DNA of 25,374 bases from an uncultured Puniceicoccaceae bacterium (GTDB lineage Bacteria > Verrucomicrobiota > Verrucomicrobiia > Opitutales > Seribacteraceae). The notes beneath the pieces are model-generated. The model searched no databases. It saw only the letters and a program-made list of their open reading frames with translations, and had not been told where the DNA came from. The translations under genes were made by a program, and so were the position numbers. The stretch's first letter is position 1, and each line of letters starts with the position of its first letter. The stretch lies in contig CAZWTI010000015.1 of NCBI GenBank assembly GCA_964637065.1, positions 1 through 25,374 on the forward strand, in the 5' to 3' direction. Shown in pieces: positions 10,521-17,015 of the stretch.

Positions 10521-11564
10521 ATGCATCACTTCCTCACATGCATCTTTTTTTTGTCGCTTGTTTGCTCGGTGTGGAGTGAACCACGTACTTGGACCACGAC
10601 TGATGGACGCAAGGCCGAAGGGGAACTGTTCGAGGTTGTCGGCGATGAAATTGGTCTGCTGATAGGTAGACAAGAATTTCGTTTTCCTCTTTCCCGCTTT
10701 ATTCCTGCAGACCATTCCTTTGTGCGTCAGTGGCAATCCAAGCCCCGATGCCATTTGTGTCACAATCCGCTTGGCACCCGCACCATGGAGGCGGGAGGAA
10801 GAACCTATCACACTTCATGCTTTCGTTGTCTTGTTTGCAAGAAGGTGTTCAAGGGTGGTGACAAGTTTCGTCGCGACCAATGGGGCATGCTTGCTCATGT
10901 TGAACATTTCTCGTTCGTGGCAACCTGTGGATCCTGTGGACGAATGTTTCGTAAGCGGGATGCCCGTCCGCAACAAGTCCTTCGTGATGGACGCATAGCC
11001 TGTCTCTCCTGTTTAGGTAATGCCGTGCTCGACGAAGCAACACTTGGTCTCGTCAACGATCGAGTGAAGGAATCATTGAGCAAGTGCGGGATCGAAAAGC
11101 CTGATGGAAAGATTACTCTGTTCATTGTGGACAAGACCAAACTGGACATCGAGGCGAAGCGCATTCATGCCGGCGGCAATCTGAAGGGCCTTACGCTTAC
11201 CAAGTTCCGTACCGTAACCAAAGGCGATGTTTCCAACACCACTTTCGAACATCGCATAATGGTGCTTTTCGGGCTTCCTCATGTGGAATGCGAGGCTGTT
11301 CTTGCCCATGAATATATGCATGTCTGGCTAAACGAACGCTTCATCGAGGGATCGCTGGGTACAATTGAAGGATTTTGCAACCTCGGTTCTGCGGCTCTAC
11401 TCAAGTTGGAGACGAGCAAACTGTCCTCCATCCTCATGAATAACATGCTCAATAATCCCAATCCCGTTTATGGTGACGGTTATCGTAAAATGGCTTCTCG
11501 TCTCAACCAGATTGGCTGGTCTCGCCTTCTTGGCGAAATGCGTGCGAGGGCAAAGAAAAAATAG
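10521..11564 (+). CDS. Exported SHD1 + LIM-type zinc fingers + DA1-family zinc metallopeptidase
   Basis: Signal peptide MHHFLTCIFFLSLVCSVWS; SHD1-like RTWTTTDGRKAEG...FPLSRFIPADHSFVRQW; CxxC-16-HxxCxxCxxC-19-HxxH; CxxC...DGRIACLSC; LFGLP...LAHEYMHVWL, EGFC, PVYGDGYR. ATG 10521 preferred over TTG 10503. Confidence 0.85.
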   Translation: MHHFLTCIFFLSLVCSVWSEPRTWTTTDGRKAEGELFEVVGDEIGLLIGRQEFRFPLSRFIPADHSFVRQWQSKPRCHLCHNPLGTRTMEAGGRTYHTSCFRCLVCKKVFKGGDKFRRDQWGMLAHVEHFSFVATCGSCGRMFRKRDARPQQVLRDGRIACLSCLGNAVLDEATLGLVNDRVKESLSKCGIEKPDGKITLFIVDKTKLDIEAKRIHAGGNLKGLTLTKFRTVTKGDVSNTTFEHRIMVLFGLPHVECEAVLAHEYMHVWLNERFIEGSLGTIEGFCNLGSAALLKLETSKLSSILMNNMLNNPNPVYGDGYRKMASRLNQIGWSRLLGEMRARAKKK

Positions 11565-11590
11565 CTTTGAACAAGTCTGAGCAAATTGTC

Positions 11591-12418
11591 ATGAAAATCG
11601 ATGCCCATCATCATTTTTGGAAATACGACCCTGTTGAATATGCGTGGATGAAGGAGGACATGGGTGTTCTCAAACGCGACTTCGGTCCCGCCGACCTAAA
11701 GAAAGAAATCGATGAAGCCGGCATAGACGGAGTCGTCTCAGTTCAAGCCAGTCAGACCCTAAATGAGACGGATGCGCTCCTCGATTACGCTGCCCGGGAA
11801 GATTTCATCAAAGGGGTGGTTGGTTGGTTTCCCTTGTCTCAAGATAATGCATTCGAGGTCATTGCCCCTTATGTTGAGAATGGATTTCTCAAGGGCGTCC
11901 GTCACGTGGTACAGGACGAACCGGATGATTGCTTCATCCTTGGAGAGGCTTTCAATCGAGGCGTTGCTCTTCTCAAGGGTTTCGATCTCGTGTACGACAT
12001 ATTGATTTACGAGCGACAGCTTGGTCCATCGATCGAGTTCGTCGACAGACATCCCGACCTAGTCTTTGTTCTCGATCACGTGGCCAAGCCTAGGATTCGC
12101 GACGATGTGAGGGAGCCTTGGTCCGACCTTATGGGCCAAATGGCTGAGCGACCGAACGTTTACTGTAAGCTTTCGGGCATGGCTACCGAAGGGGACTGGT
12201 CTTCTTGGACAAAGGAGCAACTTTTACCTTACATGGAAGTCGCCCTCGAGGCCTTCGGGCCCGATCGTTTGATGTTCGGTTCCGATTGGCCTGTTGCGCT
12301 GCTTGCCATAAACTATCAAAAGTGGGTCAAGGTTGTTGCGGACTTTACCTCCTCCCTTTCCGAAGACGAGCAAGCTGCCGTCTGGGGTAAAACTGCGGTT
12401 CGCGCCTACGATCTATAG
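11591..12418 (+). CDS. Amidohydrolase family, L-fuconolactone hydrolase-like (COG3618) sugar lactonase
   Basis: MKIDAHHHFW, VSVQA, KGVRH, LDHVAKP, CKLSGM, FGSDWPV. Alternative start TTG 11567. Confidence 0.8.
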   Translation: MKIDAHHHFWKYDPVEYAWMKEDMGVLKRDFGPADLKKEIDEAGIDGVVSVQASQTLNETDALLDYAAREDFIKGVVGWFPLSQDNAFEVIAPYVENGFLKGVRHVVQDEPDDCFILGEAFNRGVALLKGFDLVYDILIYERQLGPSIEFVDRHPDLVFVLDHVAKPRIRDDVREPWSDLMGQMAERPNVYCKLSGMATEGDWSSWTKEQLLPYMEVALEAFGPDRLMFGSDWPVALLAINYQKWVKVVADFTSSLSEDEQAAVWGKTAVRAYDL

Positions 12419-12444
12419 CTTGGATGGTTGTTATAATCCAAGCT
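12417..12444. terminator. Inverted repeat between convergent genes, possible bidirectional terminator
   Basis: AGCTTGGAT (12417-12425), 10-nt loop, ATCCAAGCT (12436-12444): perfect 9-bp stem in the convergent gap. No strong U-tract. Confidence 0.45.
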
Positions 12445-12466
12445 CACGAATGAAGGATTACCTTTT

Positions 12467-15460
12467 TTACATTTTGGCGTAACAAAGGGCTTGGCCGTTC
12501 TCCAGAGTCACGAATATCCGGCCTTTGTGATCGATGGACATGCCGCCCTTGATTGGTTGGGCGGGCAAGCTTTCGCTCCATGCTACAACTCCGTCCTTCA
12601 CGCGTATGGCTGCCAAGAAAGGCTTCTTTTCTTCTTCTCCTCCTACATCCCCTGTGGTCAGCAATAGTTCGTCGCTAACGACGAAACTTGCGAATCGCCT
12701 GCCCTGCTTTTCTTGCCAGACAACCTTTCGTTTGTCCGACCAACCTCGCCGGGCCCAACGTGCAGCGTCTTTCCCGACTTTTTGTACTCCGACGGGCAAT
12801 GAAGAAAGAAGGGCAAGCGAAGTGAATCGATTCCCCTCGTAGCTAGCATCGAAGACTAGGGAGCGACCATCGGGCAAGTTGTGGTCAAGCGAGAGGTAGT
12901 TTCCATATTCGGGATAATAGGGATAAAATGCTGTGCGGAATTGTGAACGAGGGTCTTCCTTTGGTGTATTTAGACACTTACCATTCTGCAGGTTGAACCG
13001 TGCAGTCTCGTATACGCCGCCGCCCAAAAAGCAAAGCTCACCGTCTTGCAGGAAGAGATCGCCTTGCATGCTGACTCCACTGTTGACTTTGCCGGAAAGG
13101 CTGCCGGAAGAATCGTTTCGCCACTTAAGCTTGCCTGTCACGGCATCGAGGGCGACCACGTATGTTCCGTCGTAATGGGCGATACCCGCCGCAGCGTAGA
13201 CGGTGCCTTTTTCCACAATTACTCCTCCTGCTACAGGCCATGTAGAGATGAGGTTGCCGAACATCGATATTCGGCGAGCTGAGGGTGCGACCCGAAACGA
13301 CCAGAGTGATCTTCCGGTGGCTGCCTCAAAAGCGTAAACGCGACCATCTGCCGAACCCACGTAGGCTCGGCTGTTCGAAATCGTGGGGGGGTAATAGATT
13401 GCGCCGCCGACATAGACTTTCCACTTTAATTCGCCCTTGGCATCAATGGCTCGCAGGACACCAGTCCGGTCGCCTACGAACACAAGGTTACCAGCTACCA
13501 CGGGGGCGGTCGGCATGGCCTTGTTTGACGAAGCAAAGCTCCACTGCTGTTCAATTTTATTTGGTATGGCAACGGATGTTGAGGGGACGCGGTTGTTGTT
13601 GCCTTGGTAGGTGGCCCAGTCGTCAGGTTGTTCATTAAGTTTTTCCACTTTCTGCAACTCGCCTTCGCCGAGTTCAAGAGCGGGGTGCTCCTCGCCCGGT
13701 AACGGTAATTGCCCTGCCGAGGATGTAAGGCTTATGTGACCGTAGAGCGAGAGTTGACAACCGCACATCCAGGGTCCCCAAAAGAGTTGTCCATCTGAAA
13801 TAATGACGCCATCTTGGCAGGGAGGACGCATGGGGGCGATGTGCTGAGCGGTATTAGAGGGCACGTCAAGTCGCACGGTTCCTCCGGATGTGCGGTAGAA
13901 GATGCTGTCTATGCTGCCTGTGGCTCTGGTACAGGCCCGACGAGTTGGCATCTTCGACAGTTCTCGTCCTGTCGCATATTCAAGCTTGGCTCCGGTTGTC
14001 TTGGGTCCGGCCGTATAGAGTCCGTCGCCTCGCAAAACAAGTTGTAGGTTTCCGTTGGGTTTGTGCCAAAGCAACTTTCCGTTTTTTGTTGAGGCGCAAA
14101 CCAATCGACTCCGCTGAGGGCCCGCGAAAAAGAGATAGTCATCGTTACATTTCATGTAGGCAGTGGTGGCGTAACCCGTGACGTAATGTTGAGCGCGACC
14201 GCTTCCCCCTATCGCTTCCAGCAAATCAGCATCCGAGTTCTCCCAAGCCTTCTTCCCGGAGGAAATATCCAAGCCACCCAAGAATTTTTGCGGGCAGTAG
14301 TAGAACAACTTTCCGTTACGCATGCAAACGCCTCGACTGTCTATGAATTCCTTTTCCGTGTGATTCCATTTAATCCTCTTTGTCTTAAGATTTACGGCAA
14401 TTAGAGTACGCCCGAAACCAAAGCTCTTTTGCGGGTTCTTATAGTCATGCCCCTGCCACATGCCCCACGGCCAGTGCCCAAGGCCACGACGGGTCGAACG
14501 CACCGTATCTACCTTTGTCTCGGTCGCCCCGACGAGTGCATAGAGCACGCCTTTCTCCATCGCCATCCACTTCCAGACCGGACCATCTCCTAAGCCCTTC
14601 GGCACCACGATTTCATCTTTAACTTTACCAGTTGCCGCATCGATGATTTTGCAGGATTCGTCGTCCGCCATGTAGAGGGCGTCGAGTGTGGCGATCATGG
14701 TGTTTCGGTGAATCATGTAGCCCTTCTTCAAGGGCCGTTTCCAGAGGATCGTACCGTTGTAGGCGTTTACGCATAATAGGGTGTTGAGTACTTCATTTTG
14801 GTTGGCCTTGTGGGCAATGTGGCCAAATGCCTTGAATATACGTCCTCCTGCAGCAACCGAGACTTGGGGCATCGGGCTGAATTTCGGCTCTGCTACAAAT
14901 TGCGTAAGGTAAGGGGCTCGAGCGATCCTGTCTGTGGACTGCGGGTTGTTGTCGGGGCCATGGTAGGGATGACTCCAACTGTCGGTGCCCTCTATGGGAG
15001 GCTTGATGATCTGTCGCTTCCCCAGAAACGCTTTGCCTCTCGGGCGGAGCACCCGCAGGATTTCCTTCTCATTGACATCCTCGGTTGAGGCAGAAGCTAC
15101 AAGAACCGCATCTGCAAGATTCGTGGCCAAGTGTATCCTTTTCCAGTCGGCTTTCTCCGCAAAAATACGACGACCCAGCAATCCGGCTTCTTCGGCAGCT
15201 TTGCGAACCTTAGTTAGGTCGGAGTTGCTGGGAGATTGGAAGTAGATCGTAAGTTCGCTTCCGTGCGCCAGATCGACCACATAGTCTGAGTTTTCATTTT
15301 CCGATAAGCCAAATACTGCACAAATGCCTCGAGAGATGCCGACTTTTTCCAAATGAGCCTTGGCAAGCGGTTTTATCTTGGCTTGGGATTGCAGTGCATT
15401 TGCTATGCACGTCGCGAATGTGATCGACAAATATGTGAGGAGGATAGGGATGGGCTTCAT
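12467..15460 (-). CDS. Exported PQQ-like beta-propeller repeat protein with N-terminal methyltransferase-like Rossmann domain
   Basis: Signal peptide MKPIPILLTYLSITFATCIANA; MTase-like segment GICAVFG...LADAVLV...EILRVLRPRG; WSHPYHGPDNN; repeated GxLxWK / A.DA.TGKxxW propeller motifs in two clusters. Alternative start 15484. Confidence 0.8.
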   Translation of the reverse strand: MKPIPILLTYLSITFATCIANALQSQAKIKPLAKAHLEKVGISRGICAVFGLSENENSDYVVDLAHGSELTIYFQSPSNSDLTKVRKAAEEAGLLGRRIFAEKADWKRIHLATNLADAVLVASASTEDVNEKEILRVLRPRGKAFLGKRQIIKPPIEGTDSWSHPYHGPDNNPQSTDRIARAPYLTQFVAEPKFSPMPQVSVAAGGRIFKAFGHIAHKANQNEVLNTLLCVNAYNGTILWKRPLKKGYMIHRNTMIATLDALYMADDESCKIIDAATGKVKDEIVVPKGLGDGPVWKWMAMEKGVLYALVGATETKVDTVRSTRRGLGHWPWGMWQGHDYKNPQKSFGFGRTLIAVNLKTKRIKWNHTEKEFIDSRGVCMRNGKLFYYCPQKFLGGLDISSGKKAWENSDADLLEAIGGSGRAQHYVTGYATTAYMKCNDDYLFFAGPQRSRLVCASTKNGKLLWHKPNGNLQLVLRGDGLYTAGPKTTGAKLEYATGRELSKMPTRRACTRATGSIDSIFYRTSGGTVRLDVPSNTAQHIAPMRPPCQDGVIISDGQLFWGPWMCGCQLSLYGHISLTSSAGQLPLPGEEHPALELGEGELQKVEKLNEQPDDWATYQGNNNRVPSTSVAIPNKIEQQWSFASSNKAMPTAPVVAGNLVFVGDRTGVLRAIDAKGELKWKVYVGGAIYYPPTISNSRAYVGSADGRVYAFEAATGRSLWSFRVAPSARRISMFGNLISTWPVAGGVIVEKGTVYAAAGIAHYDGTYVVALDAVTGKLKWRNDSSGSLSGKVNSGVSMQGDLFLQDGELCFLGGGVYETARFNLQNGKCLNTPKEDPRSQFRTAFYPYYPEYGNYLSLDHNLPDGRSLVFDASYEGNRFTSLALLSSLPVGVQKVGKDAARWARRGWSDKRKVVWQEKQGRRFASFVVSDELLLTTGDVGGEEEKKPFLAAIRVKDGVVAWSESLPAQPIKGGMSIDHKGRIFVTLENGQALCYAKM

Positions 15461-15576
15461 GAGATTCCTTGGATTGGGTAACAAAATCTTCGATTTTACT
15501 AGTGGGCCTTTAACTTATGAAAGAAGGTACGGGGCCTATACCACATTGCTAAAAGGTGATTGCCCAACGGTCAAGG

Positions 15577-17004
15577 TCAGGTTCCTGACACTACTTTGCG
15601 GTTGAAATGACCCTCGTTCAGATCGACACGCTCGGGACGGCCCTTGTGCATGTAGATTACCTTTGTGTGATCGAGGCCTAGGAGTGAGAGAATTGTGGCG
15701 TGTAAATCATGGACGTGCATCTTGTCTTCGGTTGCGAAGAGACCAAGTTCATCCGTCGCGCCGATGGTTTGTCCACCTTTCACGCCTCCCCCTGCCATCC
15801 ACATGGTGAAGCCGGTCGGGTTGTGGTCTCGACCATCGCCTTTTTCGCTCATGGGAGTGCGTCCGAACTCACCGCCCCAGATAACCAACGTCTCATCCAG
15901 CAGGCCACGAGCCTTGAGGTCGGTTATGAGGCCGACGATTGGGAGATCCACTTGAGCGCAGAGCCTGGAATGATTTTTCTCCATACCCGAGTGACTGTCC
16001 CACTTGCTTCCCGCTCCGTGGTAAAGTTGTACGAAGCGTACGCCCCTTTCGACTAGACGACGGGCAAGGAGGCATTGGCGACCATAGATTTTCGTCGGTT
16101 CTCGATCGATGCCATAAAGCTTTTTAGTGGCAGATGATTCATTAGAAAGGTCAACCGCATCCGGAGCCTTGGCTTGCATGTGCGCCGCCAATTCGTAGCT
16201 CCGTATGCGAGCTTCCAGTTCAGTATTGGTTTCACGTCCACGGAGATGTCGAAGGTTGAGATTGCGCAGGAAGGCCAATTTGCGGTTTTGCCGAATCTTT
16301 GGGATGTCCTTTGGAGGATGAAGGTTTGCAATGGGTGCGGTTCCCGACGCAAACAGTACCCCTTGGTGTCCAGCAGGCATGAAGCCCGAGCCCCAGCACC
16401 GAACACCGTTCACAACCATGGTCTTGGTATCCTTGATGACTACAAAGCCCGGCAAGCTTTCGTTTTCCGTGCCTAGACCATACGAAACCCATGCCCCGAG
16501 TGAAGGACGACCGCCAAACACGGAACCAGTGTTCATTTGGCAGACTCCGCCCGCATGATTTATGCCGTCCGAGACGCAGGAACGGATGACGCAGAGATCG
16601 TCGGCGATACCAGCGTGATGGGGGAGCCAGTCTGAAATCCATAGCCCACTTTCTCCGTGTTGCTTCCATTGCCGCTGCGAAGGAAGAAGAGGTGAATTGA
16701 CTTCTCCCATGGCGGTGACGGGGCGCTTAAAACTGTCCGGCATGCGTTGCCCTGCCAGTTTTTGGAGCAGTGGTTTGGGGTCAAAGAGGTCGAGATGGCT
16801 GGGCCCTCCCTCCATAAAAAGGAAGATTATGTTTTTGGCTTGCCCGAGGCGGTGCGGAATCTTGTTGGTCGCCGTGTTCTCCGAAGGTGTTCCCAGCAAA
16901 CCTTCACCCGTCAGGGCGGACAAGGCTAACGCTCCGAAGCCCGAACCTGCCGAAAGAAGGAAATCACGTCGGGATCTAGGAAAATCGAAACGGTTACAAG
17001 ACAT
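15577..17004 (-). CDS. DUF1501 domain protein (Tat-exported, PVC type)
   Basis: SRRDFL twin-arginine motif, IFLFMEGGPSHLDLFDPKP, CLLARRLVERGVRFVQL, WGGEFGRTP, GRDHNP, VHDLHATIL. Confidence 0.92.
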   Translation of the reverse strand: MSCNRFDFPRSRRDFLLSAGSGFGALALSALTGEGLLGTPSENTATNKIPHRLGQAKNIIFLFMEGGPSHLDLFDPKPLLQKLAGQRMPDSFKRPVTAMGEVNSPLLPSQRQWKQHGESGLWISDWLPHHAGIADDLCVIRSCVSDGINHAGGVCQMNTGSVFGGRPSLGAWVSYGLGTENESLPGFVVIKDTKTMVVNGVRCWGSGFMPAGHQGVLFASGTAPIANLHPPKDIPKIRQNRKLAFLRNLNLRHLRGRETNTELEARIRSYELAAHMQAKAPDAVDLSNESSATKKLYGIDREPTKIYGRQCLLARRLVERGVRFVQLYHGAGSKWDSHSGMEKNHSRLCAQVDLPIVGLITDLKARGLLDETLVIWGGEFGRTPMSEKGDGRDHNPTGFTMWMAGGGVKGGQTIGATDELGLFATEDKMHVHDLHATILSLLGLDHTKVIYMHKGRPERVDLNEGHFNRKVVSGT

Positions 17005-17015
17005 GAATGCAAATA

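Noticed and set aside
12467-15484. Calling the propeller protein BamB or a PQQ alcohol dehydrogenase
   Set aside because: No lipobox or bam context, far too long for BamB, and no recognisable quinoprotein dehydrogenase catalytic motifs.
15577-17004. Calling DUF1501 a sulfatase
   Set aside because: No CxPxR formylglycine motif is present.
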